Source: an uncultured SAR86 cluster bacterium (GTDB lineage Bacteria; Pseudomonadota; Gammaproteobacteria; Magnimaribacterales; TMED112). From it: DNA of 64,000 bases. The position numbers and the translations under genes were made by a program. The DNA is taken from NCBI GenBank assembly GCA_902585315.1, contig CACIDC010000001.1, positions 102,520 through 166,519 of the forward strand, in the 5' to 3' direction. This document shows, in pieces, positions 17,252 through 26,552 of this stretch; positions within the stretch are counted from its first letter, which is position 1, and each line of letters opens with the position of its first letter. A model generated the notes under the pieces. The model did not search any database. It was not told the DNA's origin and was given only the letters and a program-made list of their open reading frames with translations.

Positions 17252-19209
17252 ATCATCTGTTTGATTTTCTTTATTATTTTCTCAGAAGTAAATCCAAAAT
17301 GATCCATCAGATCATTGCCTTTACCCGATTCGCCAAAACTGTTTATGCCAATGACATTTTGGGTATGCTCAAACCAAGAATTAGGGTGCCCACATTCAAT
17401 AACAATATTGGTTGTGTTCGAAGAGAAAATTTCATTGTATTGATCCTTGTTGTTGAGAAGAGCTTCAAGACAGGGCACACTTGCAACGTTACAGCTTATG
17501 CCATCTGCTGTTAATAATTTTTCTACTTCAATGGCTAAGCCAACCTCTGAACCTGTAGCAATTAAATTGACAGTGGCATCATTTTTCTTTGTAACGAAAT
17601 AACCTCCCATCTCTAATTGTTTTAATTCTTTTGATGCAAATGGCGCTAAATTTTGTCTGGATAAGATAATCGAGCTAGGACCATTAGTTTTAGAAAGAGC
17701 TTCTTTCCATGCAACTGCTGTTTCAGCTAAGTTTGCTGGCCTCCATGTGGTCATATTTGGAGTAGAACGTAAGGTTGTTAAATGTTCAATTGGTTGGTGT
17801 GTGGGCCCATCTTCTCCTAACGCAATAGAATCATGAGAAAATACAAATATTACTCTAATACCCATAAGCGCTGCCATCCTGACCGCATTTCTTCCATAAT
17901 CCATAAATACTAAAAATGTGCCTGAATATGGAATTAATCCTCCATGCAAAGCCATACCATTCATGACTGCATTCATTCCAAATTCTCTTACACCGTAATA
18001 AATATAGTTACCATCATCATTAGAATTGATATCAATGGAATGTTTAGTATTGGTATTATTTGATCCGCTTAAATCTGCAGATCCACCTATCAGCTCAGGC
18101 AAATTTGCTTGCAAAAATTCAAGAACTATCTGAGAGCTCTTTCTAGTTGCCAAAGAGTCAGAATTTGAAGATAGCTCCTCAATGAACTTGTTAAAATCAT
18201 CATCAAAATTTTCAGGCATTTTACCCTCTATTAGTCTGTGCATTAAATCAGATTTATCAGGCTCTGATTCTGAGAATTTCTTGCACAGATCATCCCATTC
18301 TTTCTCAAAAGCGGTTCCTTTTTCCACCGCATTCCATGAATCGTATATTTCCTTATCAATTTCAAATGGCGCGTAGGGCCAATCTAAATTTTTCCTAAGA
18401 GCTGTCATTGCCTCTTCGCCAAGCGCTGCTCCGTGAGATGCTTCGCTATTTTGTTTATCTCCGGCTCCATAACCAATAGATGTTTTGCAAACAATCATAG
18501 TAGGTTTATCAGATAGCTTTGCTTCCTCAATCGCTGAATTTATCTTAGCTCTGTGATGTCCATCGACATTGTCAATTACGTGCCATCCATAAGATTGGCA
18601 TCTCAATGCAATATCGTCTTGGTACCATGGATCAATTTTTCCATCAATTGAAATTCCGTTACTATCGTAAAAACAAATTAGTTTATTTAGTTTTAAAACA
18701 CCTGCCAAAGACATCGCTTCATGTGAAACACCCTCCATTAGACAACCATCCCCTAGGAAACAATAGGTCAAATGGTCTATAGGTTTAACAGAGGCGGTAT
18801 TTATTTTTTGTGCCAAAATCTTTTCTGCAATTGCCATGCCTACAGCGTTACCAATTCCTTGTCCAAGTGGCCCTGTAGTTGTTTCCACTCCTTCGGTAAT
18901 TCCAAATTCAGGATGACCAGGTGTCTTGGATTTTAATTTTCTGAAATCTTTTAAATCCTGTATTGAAAGGCTGTACCCAGAGAGGTGCAATAAGCTATAC
19001 AAAAGCATAGATCCATGGCCATTGGATAAAACAAATCTGTCTCTATTGAACCAATTAGGATTTTTAGGTGAATGTTTGAGATGATCTCTCCATAATACTT
19101 CTGCTATGTCAGCCATACCTAATGGCATACCAGGATGTCCGGAGTTAGCTTTCTCAACTGCATCTACAGATAAGAATCTAATTGCATTAACTAATTTGTC
19201 TGTAATCAA
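17248..19209 (-). CDS. tkt: transketolase
   Basis: 653 aa. SGHPGMPLGMA, GDGCLMEG and GEDGPTHQPIE motifs. Confidence 0.95.
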   Translation of the reverse strand: MITDKLVNAIRFLSVDAVEKANSGHPGMPLGMADIAEVLWRDHLKHSPKNPNWFNRDRFVLSNGHGSMLLYSLLHLSGYSLSIQDLKDFRKLKSKTPGHPEFGITEGVETTTGPLGQGIGNAVGMAIAEKILAQKINTASVKPIDHLTYCFLGDGCLMEGVSHEAMSLAGVLKLNKLICFYDSNGISIDGKIDPWYQDDIALRCQSYGWHVIDNVDGHHRAKINSAIEEAKLSDKPTMIVCKTSIGYGAGDKQNSEASHGAALGEEAMTALRKNLDWPYAPFEIDKEIYDSWNAVEKGTAFEKEWDDLCKKFSESEPDKSDLMHRLIEGKMPENFDDDFNKFIEELSSNSDSLATRKSSQIVLEFLQANLPELIGGSADLSGSNNTNTKHSIDINSNDDGNYIYYGVREFGMNAVMNGMALHGGLIPYSGTFLVFMDYGRNAVRMAALMGIRVIFVFSHDSIALGEDGPTHQPIEHLTTLRSTPNMTTWRPANLAETAVAWKEALSKTNGPSSIILSRQNLAPFASKELKQLEMGGYFVTKKNDATVNLIATGSEVGLAIEVEKLLTADGISCNVASVPCLEALLNNKDQYNEIFSSNTTNIVIECGHPNSWFEHTQNVIGINSFGESGKGNDLMDHFGFTSEKIIKKIKQMI

Positions 19210-19265
19210 AGTAAAGTAATTGTTTGAGACAATTATATAATTCTAATTTAAGAATTGATCGGAAT

Positions 19266-19979
19266 ATGAAAACTAACTACACAAAAATGCAATCTAACGG
19301 AAATGATTTTTTGATAACAGAAAGCGCAAACCTAATCGAAAAAACTGTTGAACTGTCAGATAGAATTAAAAATATTGGCTTCGACCAGCTCCTGTATTTC
19401 CAGAATGGTGCAATGCCAGAATTGCGTGTATTTAATGCAGATGGTTCAGAAGCAAATAATTGTGTAAATGGTTTAAGATGTGTAGCTTTTTTATATGATT
19501 TAAAAAATACTTACATCCAGATAAAAAGCAAAAGATTTCTTGTTAATAAAACTTCAAATGGTGCAACTGTAAAAGGAGAGCTGCCAAAAGTTGAGAAAAT
19601 TCGTGACTATTTTGTTATTAAGTTTGGAAATAATCATATTGCTAAATCATGTGAAAATATTGATGAGTTCAAATTACATGAGGAATACCAAAAAATAAGA
19701 ACCTCTAAGCCTTACAATGAAATAAAAGATTTCAATATGAGTGTTTTCAAAATTTGCGAAGATATAATTAAGATTCGCACATACGAAAATGGTACAGGAG
19801 AAACATTATCATGTGGTTCAGCTACAATATCAGTAGCATATGCGCTGAGCAAAGAGTTGAACTCAAATGAATTGAAGATTTCATCTCGTGGAGGCAATAC
19901 TATCGTTCGTATTTTAGAAGACGGAGTGATATCAGATGCAAGCGCTAAAATTGTAAGAGAAGGTTTTTTAAATGGATGA
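19266..19979 (+). CDS. dapF: diaminopimelate epimerase
   Basis: KMQSNGNDFL N-terminus. FNADGSEANNCVNG and LSCGSA hold the two catalytic Cys residues. Start chosen at ATG 19266 instead of the track TTG at 19224. Confidence 0.8.
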   Translation: MKTNYTKMQSNGNDFLITESANLIEKTVELSDRIKNIGFDQLLYFQNGAMPELRVFNADGSEANNCVNGLRCVAFLYDLKNTYIQIKSKRFLVNKTSNGATVKGELPKVEKIRDYFVIKFGNNHIAKSCENIDEFKLHEEYQKIRTSKPYNEIKDFNMSVFKICEDIIKIRTYENGTGETLSCGSATISVAYALSKELNSNELKISSRGGNTIVRILEDGVISDASAKIVREGFLNG

Positions 19980-20865
19980 ACTAAAAAAATCTCTTAAGGA
20001 TTTTTTAAGAATTAAAAATTATTCTGAACACACAATCTCCAATTATGAAAGAGATGTTAATAGATTTCTTAAATATTTAACTGAACAAAAAATTGATCCT
20101 AATGATATAAACACATCAATAATTACTGGATGGATAATATTTTTAAGAAAAAGTGGGTTAGGCAATAGATCTATACAAAGAAATATATCGTCGCTTAAAA
20201 ACTTTTATAAGTTCTTGTTTAAAAGCGGAACAATAGAGTCAAATTACTTTGAATCTGTTCAGTCTCCAAAAATAAACGAAACCCTACCCAAAGCTTTAAC
20301 ACCAGAGGATGTGGAAAAATTATTATCTTTTGAACCAAAAACCTTTTCTGATGCAAGAGATAAGGCTTTTCTTGAATTATTGTACTCATCTGGACTTAGG
20401 GTTTCTGAAGCCGTAAACGTAAATATTGCATCATTTGAGTCAGATTTAAATTTTGTAAAAGTTCTTGGTAAAGGAAATAAAGAGAGAATGTTGCCTGTTG
20501 GAAAATATGCAAAGGATGCGATACTAAGGTGGCTTGAAATTAGAAACGAAAATATTAATAGTACCGATGCTTTGTTTACTAATAAATATGGGAAAAGAAT
20601 TTCTGTCAGAGCCATGCAACAAAGAATATATAAAATTTCAATTGCTCAGGGCATGTCTCCTGTTAGTCCCCATATGTTAAGACATAGTTTTGCTACTCAT
20701 ATTCTTGAATCAAGTGGAGATTTAAGGTCTATACAAGAGATGCTCGGTCATAGCAGCTTAAGCACAACACAAATTTATACAAAACTTAATTTTCAACAAC
20801 TAGCAAAAATCTACGATAAATCCCATCCCCATGGCAAGAAAGAAAATAAAACTAATAACTTTTGA
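19972..20865 (+). CDS. xerC: tyrosine recombinase XerC (chromosome dimer resolution)
   Basis: 297 aa. RHSFATHILE...GHSSLSTTQIYT catalytic motifs. Conserved dapF-xerC-HAD neighbourhood. Confidence 0.85.
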   Translation: MDELKKSLKDFLRIKNYSEHTISNYERDVNRFLKYLTEQKIDPNDINTSIITGWIIFLRKSGLGNRSIQRNISSLKNFYKFLFKSGTIESNYFESVQSPKINETLPKALTPEDVEKLLSFEPKTFSDARDKAFLELLYSSGLRVSEAVNVNIASFESDLNFVKVLGKGNKERMLPVGKYAKDAILRWLEIRNENINSTDALFTNKYGKRISVRAMQQRIYKISIAQGMSPVSPHMLRHSFATHILESSGDLRSIQEMLGHSSLSTTQIYTKLNFQQLAKIYDKSHPHGKKENKTNNF

Positions 20866-21559
20866 TTTAGACGATACTGTTTGGCCAAATCAAAAAGTAA
20901 TTGTTGAAGCTGAAAAGGCTTTATGGAACTTTCTATTAATGAAAGTCCCACATGTGAGAGATGAGCTAAATGAGGAAAATATCAATAGAATAAGGGTAGA
21001 GCTTGTTGAAAAAGATAATTCATTAAAATTTAATCTAACCGAGTTCAGAAAGAAAGTTGTTAAGGAACTTTTGCTTAAAATTGGTCTCGATGAAAATGAA
21101 GCAATTTACTACAGCCACGAAAGCTTTAATGAATTTTTTAAAGTAAGAAATAAAGTACAACTATATAAAGATGCAAAAACTATTTTAGATAGATTGCATA
21201 GGAAGGTGGTTGTTGGTTCTTTATCAAATGGTAACGCTGATCTAAGCATCATTGGAATTAAAACTTTTTTCGATTTTTCTATTTGCTCAAAAGATGTAGG
21301 TTCAAATAAACCATCCCCGCAACATTTTCTTAAAGCTTTAGAGCTTGCTGAATGTGAGCCAGAAGAGGTAGTACATGTTGGCGATTGTCCGGTGAATGAT
21401 GTTGGTGGTGCTAGAAATTGTAATATAAATGCCATATGGTTTAACTGTGAGAAGAAAAAATGGGATGAAATATTCCCATGTGAGCTTCAAGCAAAAAACT
21501 GGAAAGATCTTTATGAGATCATAAGCAAAAATTTTATTTTGGAGAGAAAAAATGTTTAA
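20831..21559 (+). CDS. HAD-superfamily hydrolase (YigB-like position)
   Basis: 242 aa. ITFDLDDTVW motif I. SNG and GDCPVNDVGGA motifs. Overlaps xerC by 35 nt. Confidence 0.7.
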   Translation: MARKKIKLITFDLDDTVWPNQKVIVEAEKALWNFLLMKVPHVRDELNEENINRIRVELVEKDNSLKFNLTEFRKKVVKELLLKIGLDENEAIYYSHESFNEFFKVRNKVQLYKDAKTILDRLHRKVVVGSLSNGNADLSIIGIKTFFDFSICSKDVGSNKPSPQHFLKALELAECEPEEVVHVGDCPVNDVGGARNCNINAIWFNCEKKKWDEIFPCELQAKNWKDLYEIISKNFILERKNV

Positions 21560-21725
21560 CCCATTCAATATGGCCAAAGATATGAAAGGCATGGAAAAAA
21601 TGGTGAAACCCGCCTTAGAGAAATTTATGAAAGAGTCTGGTTTTGTAAAAAAAGATGAGCTCGATAAAGCTAATGAAAGAATAGACTCTTTAGAAAAACG
21701 AGTTGCTGAACTAGAAAAACTCTAG
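21552..21725 (+). CDS. ubiK: UbiK/YqiC (BMFP)-like coiled-coil small protein (57 aa)
   Basis: Read by hand: MFNPFNMAKDMKGMEKMVKPALEKFMKESGFVKKDELDKANERIDSLEKRVAELEKL. The C-terminal F-V-x-x-D/E-E-L/F-D...LE-x-R-V-x-ELE pattern resembles E. coli YqiC, as I recall it. Confidence 0.45.
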   Translation: MFNPFNMAKDMKGMEKMVKPALEKFMKESGFVKKDELDKANERIDSLEKRVAELEKL

Positions 21726-21727
21726 AC

Positions 21728-22138
21728 TTATTCTAAAACTGTCAGAGCATCAAGCATGTACTGAACTGATCTTTCAATTTCAAGCTCAGAACAATCCATG
21801 CACAAACCTTTTGCAGGCATAGCATTGTAACCGTTGTATGCATTTGCTGTAAGAACTTCCAAACCTTTTGATGTTCGATCTGTCCATTGATCTAGATTCC
21901 CAAGCATAGGAGCACCAGCTAATCCAGCAGTATGACATGCAGCGCAACCTAGATTGTAGACAGCCTCACCTGATCGCCCAACAGGACCATCAGAATCATC
22001 TGTTGTCATGCCTGGCATAGAAACTACTGGAACATCTTTTAGAAGTCCTAATCTTTTTCTTACTTCATCTTCATAAGAATCAGGAACCATAAGAAATGAT
22101 GTAAAAATTAGAGAAATCAAAAGTAAAAGTTTTTTCAT
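21728..22138 (-). CDS. cytochrome c5-type class I c-type cytochrome
   Basis: 136 aa. Signal peptide. CAACH haem site. Later GLCMDCS disulfide motif typical of c5. Confidence 0.8.
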   Translation of the reverse strand: MKKLLLLISLIFTSFLMVPDSYEDEVRKRLGLLKDVPVVSMPGMTTDDSDGPVGRSGEAVYNLGCAACHTAGLAGAPMLGNLDQWTDRTSKGLEVLTANAYNGYNAMPAKGLCMDCSELEIERSVQYMLDALTVLE

Positions 22139-22173
22139 GTCTTATTTGTTGTACCAGTATTTAAAAAATCAAG

Positions 22174-22761
22174 CTAATTATCGTATAGAAATAGCATATT
22201 ATCGATATTTCTTTGAACATCGCCCGTTCTTCTAAACTTATATTTACCATTTATAACAATTGTAGGCACACCCTCAAGAACTCCAGCATTTGCCAAAGCT
22301 CTAACAGTTCGTAGTGCATTTTGTGCTTTGATGCCAATACCAAATGAATTGTACACATTCATAAATCTTGTATCGTCGTACCCATGTCTCTTAGCAAATT
22401 CTAAAACATCATTTTCGCTGCTTAAATTTTTTCGAAGTAATTGAATGTCTTTATACACATTCAGATGAGCTTCTTCACCTAGATCTAAGGCGAGAATTGT
22501 ATAATACAGTCTTGCATAAACCTCATTTCCTGCTGGTATTTGAACAATGTTAACACCTTCTCTTTGCTCTCTCATTTTTTGTACAGTGCTTTCGAAACTG
22601 AAACATGCATTGCACCAATAGCCAAAAACTTCAGTAATGGATTGGCCTTCAATGAGATCAGGAGGTATTAATTGATAGTCTTTACCTTGCTCGGGTTGCG
22701 CAGTAGCTTCAAACGTTAAGAAAAAGACTATGCCAATAATGTTAAAAAATTTATTTCTCAT
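22174..22761 (-). CDS. dsbA: thiol:disulfide interchange protein DsbA
   Basis: WCNAC active site. Signal peptide starts at MRNKFFNIIG (start chosen at 22761). Confidence 0.8.
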   Translation of the reverse strand: MRNKFFNIIGIVFFLTFEATAQPEQGKDYQLIPPDLIEGQSITEVFGYWCNACFSFESTVQKMREQREGVNIVQIPAGNEVYARLYYTILALDLGEEAHLNVYKDIQLLRKNLSSENDVLEFAKRHGYDDTRFMNVYNSFGIGIKAQNALRTVRALANAGVLEGVPTIVINGKYKFRRTGDVQRNIDNMLFLYDN

Positions 22762-22806
22762 AAGTATGCGAGAATGATTATATAACAAGTTGTATATAAT
22801 TTATTA

Positions 22807-23388
22807 ATGAAATTAAATTTAAAATTTTTAGAGCTTATGTTCATGGGAAGTGCAGCTGAATTTGATCAATGTTTACAACATGATATGAGAGAAATTGCAT
22901 TTGTTGGAGCTTCGAATGCAGGAAAATCATCTGCTATAAATGCTATTTCAAATCAAAAAAAACTTGCCAAGACTAGCAAAACACCAGGCAAAACAAAACT
23001 ATTTAATTTTTTTAAAGCAAAACTTGGATATATTGTTGATTTTCCGGGCTACGGATATTCAAAAGTTTCAAAATCCCAAAAAAAAGACTGGGCCAAAGAA
23101 CTGCCTAAATATTTCTCATCGAGAGAAAATCTTATAGGGGCTGTTCTTTTTACAGACATAAGAAATCCAATGAGAGAACTAGATCTTACTATGTTTGAAA
23201 TGCTAGCCACTTACGATTTGCCTACTTTAATAGTTTTAACAAAAACGGATAAAGTTTCGAATGAAGAGGCAGAAACTGTTTACAAAAAAATTAATAATAG
23301 CTTTGGTAATTCTTTGAACTTTTCGATAAAAGACAATACTTCAATCGAAAGACTTGTAAAAAAGATTAGTGGGCTTCTCTCCAGTTAA
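22807..23388 (+). CDS. engB: ribosome biogenesis GTPase EngB/YihA
   Basis: 193 aa. GASNAGKSSAIN (G1), DFPGYGY and TKTDK motifs. Confidence 0.88.
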   Translation: MKLNLKFLELMFMGSAAEFDQCLQHDMREIAFVGASNAGKSSAINAISNQKKLAKTSKTPGKTKLFNFFKAKLGYIVDFPGYGYSKVSKSQKKDWAKELPKYFSSRENLIGAVLFTDIRNPMRELDLTMFEMLATYDLPTLIVLTKTDKVSNEEAETVYKKINNSFGNSLNFSIKDNTSIERLVKKISGLLSS

Positions 23389-26020
23389 CTCCGAATCCAT
23401 ATTCTACTTTTAGAGGCACATCTATTTCAGTAGTATTTTCCATTAAATCTAAAATAGGAGATAAATCACTCTCTGAAAACGTTTCGGGCACCTCATAGAT
23501 AAGTTCGTCATGCACTTGCAAAATCATTTTTATCTCCGGAGCATTTAAATTAATCCAATCATCAATTTTTATCATCGCAATTTTAATAATATCTGCTGCA
23601 CTTCCTTGCAGTGGACCATTAATTGCTGCTCTCTCAGCTGCTTGTCTCACCATATAATTGCTAGCAGTGATATTGGGAACATGTATCTTTCTTCCATAAA
23701 GCGTTTCAACATATTTAATATCTTTTGAGCTCTCTACAATGTCACTCATAAATTTTTTAACTGCGCTATATCTATCGAAATAGTTGTTTAAAAATATATC
23801 TGCTTCAGCACGCGATACTCCAAGCTGGTTGGATAGACCAAAAGCACTCATGCCATACAGCAAACCGAAGTTAATGGTTTTTGCTCTTCTTCGCATCTCA
23901 GCGTCAACCTCATCTATCTCAGTTCCAAATATTTCAGAGGCTGTACGCTTGTGAATATCCTCATCATTTTTAAAAGAATTGAGCATAATTGGGTCTTGAG
24001 AGTAGTGAGCCATAAGCCTTAGTTCTATCTGAGAATAATCCATAGCAAGAATTTTTTTATTTTTGGGAGCAATAAAAGCTTCTCTAATGGTTATGCCCTC
24101 TTTTGTTCTTATGGGAATATTTTGTAAATTTGGATCAGAAGAAGATAATCTGCCAGTAGAGGTAACAGCTTGATGATATGATGTGTGGACTCTTGAATTT
24201 TGATCACAAATTTCAGAAATTTTGTCTGTATATGTGCTTTTTAGCTTTGCCAAAGATCGATACTCTAAAATGTCTTTTACTATTTCATTTTCATCTGATA
24301 ATTTCTGTAAGACAGATTCTGAAGTTGAAAAATAACCCGTAGAAGTCTTCTTCAATCCTTTGGTATCTATTTCTAATTTTTCAAAAAGAATTTCACTAAG
24401 TTGTTTTGGAGAATCAATATTAAATACACTTCCTGAGGCTCCATGAATCTTTTGAACTAAATTTAAAAGTTTAGCTCCAAATTCTTTTGATAATTTATTT
24501 AGATGATTGGTGTCTATTAGTGCGCCCTTTCGCTCCATCTCTAAAAGCACAAATAAAAGAGGATAATCAATAGTCTCCAAAAGTTTGATTGAACTTTTAT
24601 CAATTATCTGAACCAACTTTTCGTACAGTTGTAGTGTTATATCAGCATCCTCAGCAGCATAATTGGTGGCCTCTTTAATGGGAACTTCACTAAAGTTCTT
24701 ATATTTCTTTGCCCCTTTGCCAATAACATCTTCATATTTGATAGTTGTGGTATTTAAATAATACTCAGCCAATGCATCTAAGTTATGTCTTGATGATGTG
24801 CTGTTCGTTGCATAAGACATAAGCATTGTGTCTGCAAAAAAAGCTTTAATATTAATATTATGATTCTTAAGTACGGCAATATCATATTTTAAGTTCTGAC
24901 CAATAATTTTATTTTGATTTCCTTCAAGGATTTTCTTTAACCATCCAATAAGTTCAGATGCATTTAATTCCGTTTGCTCCACATGGTTAATGGGCAGATA
25001 AAAACCTTCATCTTTTTTAAACGAAAATGAAGCGCCAACTATTTCTGCATCTAGTGAATTCAGTGAAGTGGTTTCAGTATCGAACGCGAAATAATCAGCA
25101 TCATTTATTTTTGATTGAAGTGTATCAAGCTCATTTCTATTTCTGACAGCTTTGTATTCTGATTTTCTTTTTTCGTTTGTATCACCAATAAAAGAGTTAA
25201 ATTCAAGTTCTTTATAAAAATTTTTGAGTTCATTATTGCTTGAGGTTGGGATGTTTATATCATCAAACATTAGGTCTAGTTTTATGTCCTGTTTGAGGGA
25301 GACAAGAAAAAGATTTCTTTGTAACACTTCTTTTTCTTTTCTTAAATTTTCTCCTACGACCCCTGTTATTTCATCAGAATTCTTAAGAACATTTTCTAAG
25401 TTTCCGTAAGCATTCAACCATTTGGAAGCAGTTTTATTTCCCACCTTTGTAATACCTGGTATGTTGTCAGCTTTATCGCCAACTAATGCCAAAAGCTCAA
25501 CAACTAAACTAGGTTCTACACCAAATTTCTCTTTAACATATGAGTTATTAAAGAATTCATTGGACATAGAATTGTGTTGAATAACATTATGTTCCACTAA
25601 TTGTGTTAGATCTTTATCTGGTGAGGAAATTAAAATCTTTTTATTCTCTTTAAATTGTTTTGTCAGAGTTGCTATTACATCATCTGCTTCAACACCGCTT
25701 TCTTCTTTTACTGTGAAATTGAATAACTTCGATAATTTTTTTATATCTTCAATTTGAACCCTTAATTCATTTGGCATTGGGGGCCTGTTGGCTTTGTAAG
25801 CCTGATAATAATCATTTCTAAAATTAGGGCCTTTAGCATCAAAGACCATTACCATCGGTATGCTTGGATATTTTTCAATAAGCTTTCTAAGCATTGATGC
25901 AAAACCTCTTGTTGCGCCTGTTGGTTTGCCAGATGATGTGGTTAATGGTGGCAAAGCATGGAATGCTCTATAAATATAGGAAGTTCCATCAATTAAAATT
26001 AAGTCTGGTCTAAATATCAT
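23366..26020 (-). CDS. polA: DNA polymerase I
   Basis: 884 aa. Contains the 5' nuclease, 3'-5' exonuclease (FDTETTSL) and polymerase (QVHDELIYE, RRRAKTINFGLLYG) domains. Confidence 0.95.
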   Translation of the reverse strand: MIFRPDLILIDGTSYIYRAFHALPPLTTSSGKPTGATRGFASMLRKLIEKYPSIPMVMVFDAKGPNFRNDYYQAYKANRPPMPNELRVQIEDIKKLSKLFNFTVKEESGVEADDVIATLTKQFKENKKILISSPDKDLTQLVEHNVIQHNSMSNEFFNNSYVKEKFGVEPSLVVELLALVGDKADNIPGITKVGNKTASKWLNAYGNLENVLKNSDEITGVVGENLRKEKEVLQRNLFLVSLKQDIKLDLMFDDINIPTSSNNELKNFYKELEFNSFIGDTNEKRKSEYKAVRNRNELDTLQSKINDADYFAFDTETTSLNSLDAEIVGASFSFKKDEGFYLPINHVEQTELNASELIGWLKKILEGNQNKIIGQNLKYDIAVLKNHNINIKAFFADTMLMSYATNSTSSRHNLDALAEYYLNTTTIKYEDVIGKGAKKYKNFSEVPIKEATNYAAEDADITLQLYEKLVQIIDKSSIKLLETIDYPLLFVLLEMERKGALIDTNHLNKLSKEFGAKLLNLVQKIHGASGSVFNIDSPKQLSEILFEKLEIDTKGLKKTSTGYFSTSESVLQKLSDENEIVKDILEYRSLAKLKSTYTDKISEICDQNSRVHTSYHQAVTSTGRLSSSDPNLQNIPIRTKEGITIREAFIAPKNKKILAMDYSQIELRLMAHYSQDPIMLNSFKNDEDIHKRTASEIFGTEIDEVDAEMRRRAKTINFGLLYGMSAFGLSNQLGVSRAEADIFLNNYFDRYSAVKKFMSDIVESSKDIKYVETLYGRKIHVPNITASNYMVRQAAERAAINGPLQGSAADIIKIAMIKIDDWINLNAPEIKMILQVHDELIYEVPETFSESDLSPILDLMENTTEIDVPLKVEYGFGVNWREAH

Positions 26021-26045
26021 TGGACTATATATATAATACTTAATA

Positions 26046-26549
26046 GTGAAAGAAATAATTAAAAATTACAGTGATATCTTCATTACTTCGAGTGCTGCTA
26101 TTGTCGTATGTGGTCAATATTATCTTGAAAATATAGTTGGTCTTGAACCATGTAATTTGTGCATTTTGCAAAAACTTGCAGCACAGGCAGTTTTTTTAAT
26201 ATTTTTCATTAAAATGATTGTGCCTAAATTTAAATATATATTTGATGTTCTTGGTATTGCTGTCTTAATGTTTGGAGTTTCAGCTAGTGGAAGGCAAATT
26301 TATCTTCAAAATATGCCCTCTGATCAGCTTGCTGGTGGGTATTGTGATATACCGTTTGAATTTTTATTTAACATGTATCCTTTTTTTGATGCACTTGGAA
26401 AAGTTTTTCAGGGCAGCAGCAAATGTGCAGAAGAGTCTTGGGTTTTCTTATATCTAAATATCCCTGAATGGGCACTTTTATTTTTTGCTTCAATGATAAT
26501 ACTATTATTGATAAGATACTTTCTAATAAATTTTAAGGGCCAAAAATAA
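26046..26549 (+). CDS. dsbB: disulfide bond formation protein B
   Basis: 167 aa. GTG start. CNLC in the first periplasmic loop and a second Cys pair. Four TM segments. Confidence 0.8.
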   Translation: MKEIIKNYSDIFITSSAAIVVCGQYYLENIVGLEPCNLCILQKLAAQAVFLIFFIKMIVPKFKYIFDVLGIAVLMFGVSASGRQIYLQNMPSDQLAGGYCDIPFEFLFNMYPFFDALGKVFQGSSKCAEESWVFLYLNIPEWALLFFASMIILLLIRYFLINFKGQK

Positions 26550-26552
26550 TAA

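Noticed and set aside
19972-20865. The tyrosine recombinase as a marker of an integrated mobile element.
   Set aside because: It sits in the conserved dapF-xerC-HAD housekeeping neighbourhood. There are no flanking repeats, tRNA or phage or transposon genes. It is the chromosome dimer resolvase XerC.
21548-21563. An identical 16-mer AAAAATGTTTAACCCA at 21548-21563 and 53922-53937. In both places it spans a ...KNV-stop / MFNP... overlapping gene junction.
   Set aside because: Identity stops after 16 nt on both sides. With about 64 kb of AT-rich sequence a chance match of this length is plausible. The shared stop/start architecture reflects the same 8-nt overlap of stop and start codons (ATGTTTAA), not a repeat element.
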